In this document: in pieces, positions 8,178 through 16,819 of the stretch | Layout: the number at the start of each line of letters is the position of its first letter | Numbering within the stretch: position 1 is the first letter of the stretch | From: Escherichia coli | GTDB lineage: Bacteria > Pseudomonadota > Gammaproteobacteria > Enterobacterales > Enterobacteriaceae | NCBI RefSeq assembly: GCF_003334815.1 | Contig: NZ_QOWO01000021.1 | Strand: one strand, 5' to 3' | DNA: 64,000 bases | Notes under the pieces: model-generated | Databases searched by the model: none | Told to the model about the DNA's origin: nothing | The model's input: only the letters and a program-made list of their open reading frames with translations | Program-made: the position numbers and the translations under genes

Positions 8178-11100
8178 ATGGACTTATTTGACCTGTTAAC
8201 AATTAAATTTACCTTGCCCGCGAAAGCTGCCCCTGTAAGAAAAGTGGGTGGGAATTATGTTCATAAATTACTTTGCCGATCAACAACAGTATTGGCTCAA
8301 GTCAGAAATGCACGTTTCCAAGGATATTTTGAACTTGTTACGGGTCTAAAGCCCCCTCTGGACTATGTCTATCTGAAAGATCCAAATTCCAGGGGTAAAT
8401 GCGCAGATGGTGTAGCTTCCCTTAAAGCTAAGGAACCATTTACATTCGAAAAATGGCGAGAAGATACTGAGTTAAGCTGGGAGCAATTTCCAGAGCAGGT
8501 AATTAGCACTTCACCTAATGAAATTAATGAACAATGGCATCATCAATTTCAGTTTAGAGAGGACGATCCAGAGCGCAATTCTCCCGGTCTCAGAAAACCC
8601 CAACTGGGTGCACTTCATGCAATTGCAGGCTATTTCGCCACTGATTTGCAGGTAGAACCTGCTACCGTCGTACTGCCCACTGGAACGGGAAAAACGGAAA
8701 CAATGCTGGCTACCATGATATACCAGCGATGCGAGCGAATTTTGCTCATAGTCCCATCTGACTCTCTCCGAACACAGATATCCAAAAAGTTCATCGATTT
8801 AGGATATTTGCCAGAGCTAACAGTCGTTCCACCCAACATTGCACTTCCTAATGTCGCCATTATTAAGAAAGGAATTCAGGTAGCGGAAGAAGCTAAGCAA
8901 TTAGCTTGTGAATCAAACGTCTTGGTTGCTACGACCAGCGTTTTGTCTGCCTGCTCCGAAACAGCATTAAATGCACTTTGCGAGTTGTGTAGCCATCTTT
9001 TTGTTGATGAGGCTCATCATATCTCAGCCTCATCATGGCAGACAATTCGCAAACGATTTAAAAACAAACGTGTAGTGCAGTTTACAGCTACCCCTTTTAG
9101 GAATGATAAAAAGTCCCTTGGTGGGAAAATTATCTATAACTACACGATGGGGGAAGCCCAACGAGCAGGCTATTTTACAAATGTAAATTTGCTGCCTGTA
9201 GAAGAGTATTACTCTGACCTTATGGATCACGCAATCGCAGATAAAGCTGTTGGCCAACTGCGTATAGACTTAAATAATGGCCTTGATCATTTGCTTATGG
9301 CCCGTACTAGCAATAAGCAGCGAGCAGAAGAAATACTGACTATTTATCAGAATATTGTACCGAACTTTAATCCAATCGTTATTCATTCTGATTATCCTAA
9401 AACGGAAATAAAAAAACGTCTTAATAAATTATTATCAAGACAATCAAGAATCGTTATTTGCGTAGACATGTTGGGAGAAGGCTATGACCTACCCAACCTG
9501 AAAATTGCCGCTTTGCATGATCACCATAAGTCTCTTGCAGTAACTTTGCAGTTTATTGGCCGTTTTACTCGTGTCAATAAAGCACAGAAAATTGGTCAAG
9601 CTAGTGTAGTCATGAATGTTGCAGACCCTAATGTTGAAGGTGAATTACAGCATCTATATTCAACAGATGCCGATTGGGATAACGTATTAAGGCGACTCTC
9701 TGAAGGACGAATTGCTAGAGAGATTAGGTTGCAAGAGGTCGTGGATGCCTTAAAAAGGAAAGGTGATTTACACGATCAGATCTCTCTCTGGAACCTTGAG
9801 CCAAGTTGTTCTGTCATGTTATTTAAAACATACTGTGACAATTGGGAGCCTGAAAGATACAAGGAAAAACTGCCTAGATTCGATGAATCATGGCATGCAA
9901 TAGCAGAAGATGAGAATTTGCTTGTTGTGCTAGCTGTCCAGACAACTTCAGTCCGGTGGGGAAACTACAAAGATCTTAAAGATACCAATTATAAAATTCT
10001 AATTGCTCATTGGGATCAAAGCAGATCCGCCTTGTTTGTATTCTCAAATGACTATAAAGCATTCCGGGTTGAGAATCTGGTTAGTACTATTTGTGATGAT
10101 AAATTTGAAATTGTCAGTGGTGAAAAAGTTTTTAATGTATTTAATGGTATTGAATATCCTTTAGCAAGAAATTTAGGCGCATCCCAAATTGGAGCAATAA
10201 GCTTTACTCAATATTTTGGCCCAAATGTCACTGAGGGGCTATCACTAATTGAAGCGTCTCAATCAAGCTTAAGCAATATTGCTGCATTAGGTTATGAATC
10301 CGGAAACCGTGTAATCTGGGGATGCTCGCAACGCAGAGGTAAGGTCTGGTCACCACAAAAAGGGGGTAGCATTGCTGATTGGTGCAACTGGGTTAAGAAA
10401 ACTTGGGACAAAATCTTTAGTTCTGAACCAGATCCAAACAACCTTACGCGTAACTTTTTGCGTCCTGTCCCATTACTCGAACCCTATAATGAATATCCAA
10501 TATCAGCTCAATGGGGTGAGTATTTGCTTACTACGTTCGAAGATAAAGTTATTTTTCATTTTGATGCTATATCAGCTCACTTATATTTAGTAGATGTGAA
10601 GACTGCTGGAAAGTTTGACGATGGCAATGTGCGGCTCATTTTTTCTACAGATGAAACTTCATCTGAATATAAATTATGTCTTACAGGTAGTACTACAGCA
10701 AAAGGTTATGCCTATCAGTTGATTTCTGGCCCTGAAGTCTTTGTACAGCGAGGTGAATCTGAACCTGTATCACTATCAGAATATATGGAAATTGATCCAG
10801 TAATGATTCATTACTCCGATGGCTCATTTTCTTACAACGCTCATATAGTTCATGTAAGCCCAAATATTGGCCTTTATGACAAAGACGAAATTGTAGCTTT
10901 TGATTGGAATGGAACTGATGTTCGACTGGAATCAATGGGCTATACTCGTGATCCATCATCCATCCAGTGGCGTTGGTACAGTGAAATTAAAGATAATTAC
11001 GATGTTATTATTAATGACGACGGTAAAGGTGAGTCAGCTGATTTAGTTGGGTTAAGAATAGTTGATGACTGTATTGTTCTCTCTTTAATTCATTGCAAGT

Positions 11101-11459
11101 ATTCAGGCTCAGAAGAAGCTGGAGCAAGACTTAAAGATCTTTACGAAGTATGTGGGCAGGCACAGAGATGCATTCGTTGGAAGCACCTGAATCTTTCCTA
11201 TTTATACCACCACATTAAGCGGCGCGAGGAACAGTGGCGATCGCTTGGTCATTCTCGCTTTCTAAAAGGCACTATAAAAGACCTTGCAGCTATGAAAGAG
11301 CGCTCCAGAATCACACCTCTTAAATTCCAAGTTGTTATTGTTCAACCAGGACTTAGAGTAAACAAAATTAATGAAGAAGGCCTTAAGTTACTTGGCAGTA
11401 CGGCCTTATTTATCAAGAAAACAACGATGGCAGACTTAGTTGTTATTGGTTCTAAATAG
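8178..11459 (+). CDS. SF2 helicase, DEAH/ResIII-type, with ~600-aa C-terminal region of unknown function (1093 aa)
   Basis: Motif I LPTGTGKT, motif II FVDEAHH, motif III FTATP, motif VI QFIGRFTR; RBS agagg 8 bp upstream of ATG; visibly AT-rich; possible nuclease-like signature ...DDGKGESADLVGLRIVDD...LIHCKYSG near the C-terminus. Confidence 0.8.
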   Translation: MDLFDLLTIKFTLPAKAAPVRKVGGNYVHKLLCRSTTVLAQVRNARFQGYFELVTGLKPPLDYVYLKDPNSRGKCADGVASLKAKEPFTFEKWREDTELSWEQFPEQVISTSPNEINEQWHHQFQFREDDPERNSPGLRKPQLGALHAIAGYFATDLQVEPATVVLPTGTGKTETMLATMIYQRCERILLIVPSDSLRTQISKKFIDLGYLPELTVVPPNIALPNVAIIKKGIQVAEEAKQLACESNVLVATTSVLSACSETALNALCELCSHLFVDEAHHISASSWQTIRKRFKNKRVVQFTATPFRNDKKSLGGKIIYNYTMGEAQRAGYFTNVNLLPVEEYYSDLMDHAIADKAVGQLRIDLNNGLDHLLMARTSNKQRAEEILTIYQNIVPNFNPIVIHSDYPKTEIKKRLNKLLSRQSRIVICVDMLGEGYDLPNLKIAALHDHHKSLAVTLQFIGRFTRVNKAQKIGQASVVMNVADPNVEGELQHLYSTDADWDNVLRRLSEGRIAREIRLQEVVDALKRKGDLHDQISLWNLEPSCSVMLFKTYCDNWEPERYKEKLPRFDESWHAIAEDENLLVVLAVQTTSVRWGNYKDLKDTNYKILIAHWDQSRSALFVFSNDYKAFRVENLVSTICDDKFEIVSGEKVFNVFNGIEYPLARNLGASQIGAISFTQYFGPNVTEGLSLIEASQSSLSNIAALGYESGNRVIWGCSQRRGKVWSPQKGGSIADWCNWVKKTWDKIFSSEPDPNNLTRNFLRPVPLLEPYNEYPISAQWGEYLLTTFEDKVIFHFDAISAHLYLVDVKTAGKFDDGNVRLIFSTDETSSEYKLCLTGSTTAKGYAYQLISGPEVFVQRGESEPVSLSEYMEIDPVMIHYSDGSFSYNAHIVHVSPNIGLYDKDEIVAFDWNGTDVRLESMGYTRDPSSIQWRWYSEIKDNYDVIINDDGKGESADLVGLRIVDDCIVLSLIHCKYSGSEEAGARLKDLYEVCGQAQRCIRWKHLNLSYLYHHIKRREEQWRSLGHSRFLKGTIKDLAAMKERSRITPLKFQVVIVQPGLRVNKINEEGLKLLGSTALFIKKTTMADLVVIGSK

Positions 11460-11554
11460 GACGAAAAATTGATAATATTCGATTTTAGTAATATTAAATA
11501 ACGAATTGAATATGCTATAAAAATGATGGAAAAAGCAAGAAAAGAGAGTAAATT

Positions 11555-12877
11555 ATGATCCTATTCTTTTATCCCTACATAATGCTTTGCTATAGCGCTG
11601 GATACGCTTTATTGCAAACACTGGATGGGATGGGTGTGATTAGTACCAACTTTGTAGAAATGAACGCACAGGGTGCTCTTTTGAGCAGTTACTGGTCTCC
11701 CAATAAAGTTGCTGTAGTCTTAGGAGGATGTTTTCTTGAGCTCTTTATTTTATTATTACCTTTTGTTTTCTTGAGCTCATGGATACTTGCCAGAAAAAAG
11801 GGACTCATCATTTGTTTTGTTCTTCTTATAACCCCTGGCCTATTATCGCTCTGTCACCTTCTTCCTGCTATCCAGTGGTTGCCATTGACCTATGAAATAG
11901 GAGGTACAGGTGCAACAGGTAACGCAGCTGGACTCGGAAGTCTTAGCTTCATAGGGCTATTGAGTGGTTGGATTTTGGCAGTAATCATTAGTGATATTTT
12001 TGCTACAGGAGAGAAATTCAGACAGTGGACAGATATTTTCCTAATACTGACAGCAGTTGGAAACGGTCTTTTCTGGGTATCAGACAGAGAGGTGGCTGTC
12101 GGTAAAACCGCATATGAGAAAACAATTACGGATATTAATGATGCAGCCAAATACCTTCTTTTTCAGGTGAAAGACTACAGCCGCATGTGTGACAATAACG
12201 GGCTTACCGAAATGTCATCTTGTCAGTGGGCATCGTACATTCAAGAAACGCTAGAAAATATTGCCAGTACAAAATCATCTGTTATTGAATATGTAATACC
12301 TGAAAATCTTGACACCTTCTACCGAATTCCTGAGTACTATAGCAATCAAGTATCTCCAGATAAAATCAGACAGGAATTTCAAGACTTCAATAAAAAACTA
12401 TGCCCAAATAAATCTCTTTCCAAAACAATAACACAATTGCCATCACCTTCTCGATGGTGCCAGACCCCACCCCCAGCTTACTGCAATGCCATTCAAGAGG
12501 GAAAATATAAAACAGGCATGTCAGACCGTTTCGCTGTCGCCAATGAGTGTGTAACTACATCATTATTAAGGTACCGCCAAGTTTTATTAAAAGAACAAGC
12601 TCGTTTATCCTTAAGTAAAAATGCCCCTCATTATAGATGGATGTGGTTTATTGCTATGTCTTTTTTTATTGGAGGGAAAATTGCCAATGTAATGACAAAA
12701 ATAGGTAATGTAGAGAATCGTCTCATAACTGAGAAACATAGAGTTAAATTCATCCTTCTAAAAACATGTGGTTTTATTGTGCGTACATTAATAAGATGTG
12801 CCATCTTATTTCGGAAAGTGTTTTTTTCAACGATCAATTATATCAAAAGATTGAAGAAAATAAAGCATGATACTTAA
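11555..12877 (+). CDS. Polytopic membrane protein of unknown function (440 aa), co-oriented with the helicase
   Basis: Starts 95 bp after the helicase stop with its own RBS; N-terminal ~180 aa form about five hydrophobic helices, then a Cys-containing soluble region, one more helix and a basic tail; AT-rich like the helicase. Confidence 0.6.
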   Translation: MILFFYPYIMLCYSAGYALLQTLDGMGVISTNFVEMNAQGALLSSYWSPNKVAVVLGGCFLELFILLLPFVFLSSWILARKKGLIICFVLLITPGLLSLCHLLPAIQWLPLTYEIGGTGATGNAAGLGSLSFIGLLSGWILAVIISDIFATGEKFRQWTDIFLILTAVGNGLFWVSDREVAVGKTAYEKTITDINDAAKYLLFQVKDYSRMCDNNGLTEMSSCQWASYIQETLENIASTKSSVIEYVIPENLDTFYRIPEYYSNQVSPDKIRQEFQDFNKKLCPNKSLSKTITQLPSPSRWCQTPPPAYCNAIQEGKYKTGMSDRFAVANECVTTSLLRYRQVLLKEQARLSLSKNAPHYRWMWFIAMSFFIGGKIANVMTKIGNVENRLITEKHRVKFILLKTCGFIVRTLIRCAILFRKVFFSTINYIKRLKKIKHDT

Positions 12878-12936
12878 ATAGAATAGTGACAAACACTCAA
12901 TTGCAAGGTCATTCTTTGTGTTGAATGAATAAAGAA

Positions 12937-12970
12937 CAAGGGGTACTTTCTCCTGTACCCTTGGAGTTTA
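12937..12970 (+). terminator. Candidate intrinsic terminator after the helicase/membrane cassette
   Basis: Inverted repeat caaggggtac...gtacccttgg followed by a T-rich stretch. Confidence 0.35.
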
Positions 12971-13395
12971 TATTAGATAATACATCTGAATCTACTCTGG
13001 TGATTCACACTAGCGGCAATAGTGTTTTGTACTCAACCGTTTATACAATAGCATCCATGACTAATTGAGCGTAGAGTTCAGTAAGCTTATTAATTATCCA
13101 CTTATTGAAAGAATTCGTGGAACGCTCTTACCGATAAAATCAGTGAATGTATTGCTCTTGGTGATAATGCCATTGGGAAAAATTACCAACCAGCCATCCC
13201 ATTAAGGCTAGCCGATTAACTTTAATTGAATCGCCACGGATTTGGCAAACAATTCACATGTCTCTACTACGCTTGATTTTTTCGTAGTATAACAGCGTAA
13301 CCCTTTTTCTCCCGGTTTACATACAAGAAACCTGTTCATCATTGCTGATGAAGATATATGCTGCCCTTACACGATAATTGTTTAGGATAGTAACA

Positions 13396-14361
13396 ATGCC
13401 TTTAGATTTAAGTAACACTTTAGTGATTGGCATCAGCGCGACTGCGCTTTTTGATATGAGTGAATCCGATCGCATGTTTTGCGAAACCTATGCGACCGAT
13501 CCTGATAGCGCCATTGAAAAATACCGCGCCTATATGCTGGAGCACGAAAACCAACCTTTACAGCCCGGAACAGGCTACCCTTTAGTCAAAGCGTTGCTGG
13601 GTCTGAACCAGTACCGTCAACCGGATGATAAATCACCGTTGGTTGAAGTCGTTGTGATGTCACGTAACAGCCCTGATACAGGTATCCGCGTTCTGAATAC
13701 TATTCGCCATGACAGGCTCGATATCACGCGCTCTGCCTTTACAGCAGGCGAAACTGTTGCTGATTACCTTGATGCCTTTGATGTGGATCTGTTTTTAACA
13801 ACTAACGTTGAAGATGCGCAAAAGGTGATTGATTCCCGATTCTGCGCCGCTGCAATCCTGAAAGATCCGCCTTCTGACGCATCTGATATCCCGGAAGGGC
13901 AAGTGCGCATTGCTTTTGACGGCGACGCGGTACTTTTTTCCGATCAAAGCGAACTGGTTTATAAGACCCAAGGAATGGTTGCCTTTCATGCTCAGGAAGA
14001 CGCGCAGCAGGATATCCCTATGGAAGAGGGGCCTTATGCCACTTTGCTAAAAAAAATAGCCAAGCTTCAGGAACGATTGCCGACCCGCGTTGAGTATTCT
14101 CCTGTTCGTATTGCATTGGTGACAGCCCGAAATAGCCCTTCGGAAATGCGCGTTATTAAAACGCTAAGAAGCTGGGGGGTATATGTCGATGAAGCTTTTT
14201 TTCTTGGCGGCGTAGAGAAAACAAAAGTTCTGAAGGCATTTAAACCACACATTTTCTTCGACGATCAGGATGTGCATTTAAATACAGCTGCAAAGGTTGT
14301 ACCTTCCGGGAAAGTACCTTATGCCAGTAACTCCGAACTGGCAGAGCGTGAAGCATCGTAA
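13396..14361 (+). CDS. HAD-superfamily phosphatase, 5-prime-nucleotidase-like (~321 aa)
   Basis: HAD motif I FDGDAVLF, motif II LVTARNSP, motif III/IV K...FFDDQD; ATG at 13396 with agga upstream (listed ORF starts at TTG 13378). Confidence 0.5.
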   Translation: MPLDLSNTLVIGISATALFDMSESDRMFCETYATDPDSAIEKYRAYMLEHENQPLQPGTGYPLVKALLGLNQYRQPDDKSPLVEVVVMSRNSPDTGIRVLNTIRHDRLDITRSAFTAGETVADYLDAFDVDLFLTTNVEDAQKVIDSRFCAAAILKDPPSDASDIPEGQVRIAFDGDAVLFSDQSELVYKTQGMVAFHAQEDAQQDIPMEEGPYATLLKKIAKLQERLPTRVEYSPVRIALVTARNSPSEMRVIKTLRSWGVYVDEAFFLGGVEKTKVLKAFKPHIFFDDQDVHLNTAAKVVPSGKVPYASNSELAEREAS

Positions 14362-14552
14362 TTATCGCTGATAAACCATTTAGTCATTAAGGCTGGATGG
14401 TTTGTATACCACACGCAAAATAACGGCCCTACCCCAGATCAATGCTCGCCTCTGAACACCTCTTTCCTGTGCCATTCCACAAACTGTTCGCCCGGATAAT
14501 TTTCTTTAACCGGTGGCAACGCAATCGCTTTTCCCGCAAAATCCCAGAACAG

Positions 14553-15359
14553 TCACTGTACCACTCCACCATCATTTACCGCACCGGAAACTACCACACG
14601 CATATTTTCATCCAGGTCAATCGAACCGCGATCAAACGCTTTATGATGGATTGCGCACAATGCCAGGCCATTAGGTACTTCACAAGGGCCATGGTGCTGT
14701 TTCCATCTGATATGAGCAGCTTCCAGAGCAATCGGCGCATTGTCGTGGCGCATGTTAAAGCCGCAGATAGCGCACTGATAATTGTAAGCATGTAGCACCA
14801 TCTGGCGAAACTTCGGATCGCGTTGACGAAGAGAGGTGCGAATATCAAAACTCCTCTCGTCAGCTATCTCTTCCTGAATACTGGCCGGGAAATGCGCCTC
14901 CAGGAGCTGCTGCGCCAGCGTATCAATTAACCTGTAATTTTTTTCCACCAACGCAAAATTATCGGCATCAAATCCACCAGCGACATTATATTCAATGAGT
15001 TCACGTCGGGGCGGCTGGCGGCTACCACTGGTTGAGCACAGTTCCGCGTTATGTAGTTCCCAGAAGCCATCGCCCTTCAGACGCCAGAACGGCATGTCCG
15101 GGCGCTGGTCACGGCGCTGCGGTCCATAACGTTCCAGGAGATCCAACAGGGGCTCGTAGATTTCAGAAGCATAGTTAAACAGGCGACCATGACTCTGCCG
15201 ATAGTGTGAGAGAACGTACAGCAGCAATAATGGCTTATGTGGCGCACGTTGTTCACCTTTGCGCCAGATGGTGATATTTGATATCGCTTGCTTTAGGGTT
15301 TTGTCAGAGGTCATTGCGTTGAAGAATCCATGAGCATATGTTTGCGATGATGCTCGCAA
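14553..15359 (-). CDS. HNH-motif endonuclease with N-terminal domain of unknown specificity
   Basis: C-terminal HNH signature CAICGF...EAAHIRWKQHHGP...NGLALCAIHHKAFDRG; start uncertain (M1 or the internal MTSDK...). Confidence 0.7.
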   Translation of the reverse strand: MRASSQTYAHGFFNAMTSDKTLKQAISNITIWRKGEQRAPHKPLLLLYVLSHYRQSHGRLFNYASEIYEPLLDLLERYGPQRRDQRPDMPFWRLKGDGFWELHNAELCSTSGSRQPPRRELIEYNVAGGFDADNFALVEKNYRLIDTLAQQLLEAHFPASIQEEIADERSFDIRTSLRQRDPKFRQMVLHAYNYQCAICGFNMRHDNAPIALEAAHIRWKQHHGPCEVPNGLALCAIHHKAFDRGSIDLDENMRVVVSGAVNDGGVVQ

Positions 15360-15519
15360 CTATATGTATATTCAAGGCATTATTGCAGACATCCTTTTTG
15401 CCTGACGGCTCTGTACCTGGCAGATGGAATTCTGAAAAAAATACAGCGACCAACCAGTCCTAAGCGGTCTGGTTGGTCTTTTAAATTTAAACATCAGCCA
15501 AGGAGTAACGGCATTCAAC

Positions 15520-15750
15520 TCACTCGCCATTACCCCGATTGATCTTCGCATAGTCAAACGGCGTAATCGCTCTTTCCCGATTGGCATCCAGAAAATCGAC
15601 CCACCACTGCAACATCAGCTTACGCTCATCCAGATATTCCGCTTTATGGATTATACGCGGCCTGCACTGAGTTACGTCCATGTGGCTCATCTGACGTTCA
15701 GCCGCTTTATCTCGTGCTGTTTTGGTCTCAATACTTCCATGCCGTTGCAA
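15520..15750 (-). pseudogene. 3-prime remnant of a second P4-type integrase gene
   Basis: C-terminus ...ERQMSHMDV...IHKAEYLDERKLMLQWWVDFLDANRERAITPFDYAKIN aligns with the C-terminus of the intact integrase at 18638-19903; no upstream catalytic region. Confidence 0.6.
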
Positions 15751-15918
15751 TTACCTCTTAAACCATTCCTTACCATTTTCATGTCTTCGATAAGAAATCT
15801 TCATCATGCATGATCGATTTTGTCTATCTATTCGATCGAATTTTTTCTTTTTACCCTGTCTTTTGCATGGTTTTAAAATAAGCAACCTTCTTTATCGGGT
15901 GGGTAAGAACCAACGGAG

Positions 15919-16668
15919 ATGATTGAAATGAAAAAGATTATTGCTGTTTCAGCGCTTGCTATGGTGGGCGTATTTTCAGCCCAGGCTCTGGCTGATGAGA
16001 ACAAAACTGGCTTTTATGTGACCGGTAAAGCAGGTGCTTCTGTTATGTCACTTGCAGACCAGCGTTTCCTGTCGGGTGATGGAGAGGAAACATCAAAATA
16101 TAAAGGCGGTGATGGCCATGATACGGTATTCAGTGGCGGTATCGCGGCCGGTTATGATTTTTACCCGCAGTTCAGTATTCCGGTTCGTACGGAACTGGAG
16201 TTTTACGCTCGTGGAAAAGCTGATTCGAAGTATAACGTAGATAAAGACAGCTGGTTAGGCGGTTACTGGTGTGATGACCTGAAGAATGAGGTGTCAGTCA
16301 ACACACTGATGCTGAATGCGTACTATGACTTCCGGAATGACAGTGCATTCACACCATGGGTATCTGCAGGGATTGGCTACGCCAGAATTCACCAGAAAAC
16401 AACCGGTATCAGTACCTGGGATTATGGGTACGGAAGCAGTGGTCGCGAATCGTTATCACGTTCAGGCTCTGCTGACAACTTCGCATGGAGCCTTGGCGCG
16501 GGTGTCCGCTATGACGTAACCCCGGATATCGCTCTGGACCTCAGCTATCGCTATCTTGATGCAGGTGACAGCAGTGTGAGTTACAAGGATGAGTGGGGCG
16601 ATAAATATAAATCAGAAGTTGATGTTAAAAGTCATGACATCATGCTTGGTGTGACTTATAACTTCTGA
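15919..16668 (+). CDS. Outer-membrane beta-barrel protein (porin-like small OMP)
   Basis: Signal peptide MKKIIAVSALAMVGVFSAQALA, alternating aromatic/hydrophobic pattern, C-terminal ...GVTYNF with terminal Phe. Confidence 0.65.
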   Translation: MIEMKKIIAVSALAMVGVFSAQALADENKTGFYVTGKAGASVMSLADQRFLSGDGEETSKYKGGDGHDTVFSGGIAAGYDFYPQFSIPVRTELEFYARGKADSKYNVDKDSWLGGYWCDDLKNEVSVNTLMLNAYYDFRNDSAFTPWVSAGIGYARIHQKTTGISTWDYGYGSSGRESLSRSGSADNFAWSLGAGVRYDVTPDIALDLSYRYLDAGDSSVSYKDEWGDKYKSEVDVKSHDIMLGVTYNF

Positions 16669-16819
16669 CAAAACTGCTCCTGAAAGATAATAATTACCCA
16701 TCTTCTGTAATTAAACGAAGACTCCCTGCAGTAATTGTACTGCAGGGTTGTTTGTTATCTGTTTCACAGGAGACTTCTGATTTTTATTCTCTTCACAATA
16801 ATGTTGTCGATATACTCCG

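Noticed and set aside
8630-12150. Several 68-88-aa minus-strand ORFs inside the helicase and membrane-protein genes
   Set aside because: All antisense to longer, motif-bearing plus-strand genes.
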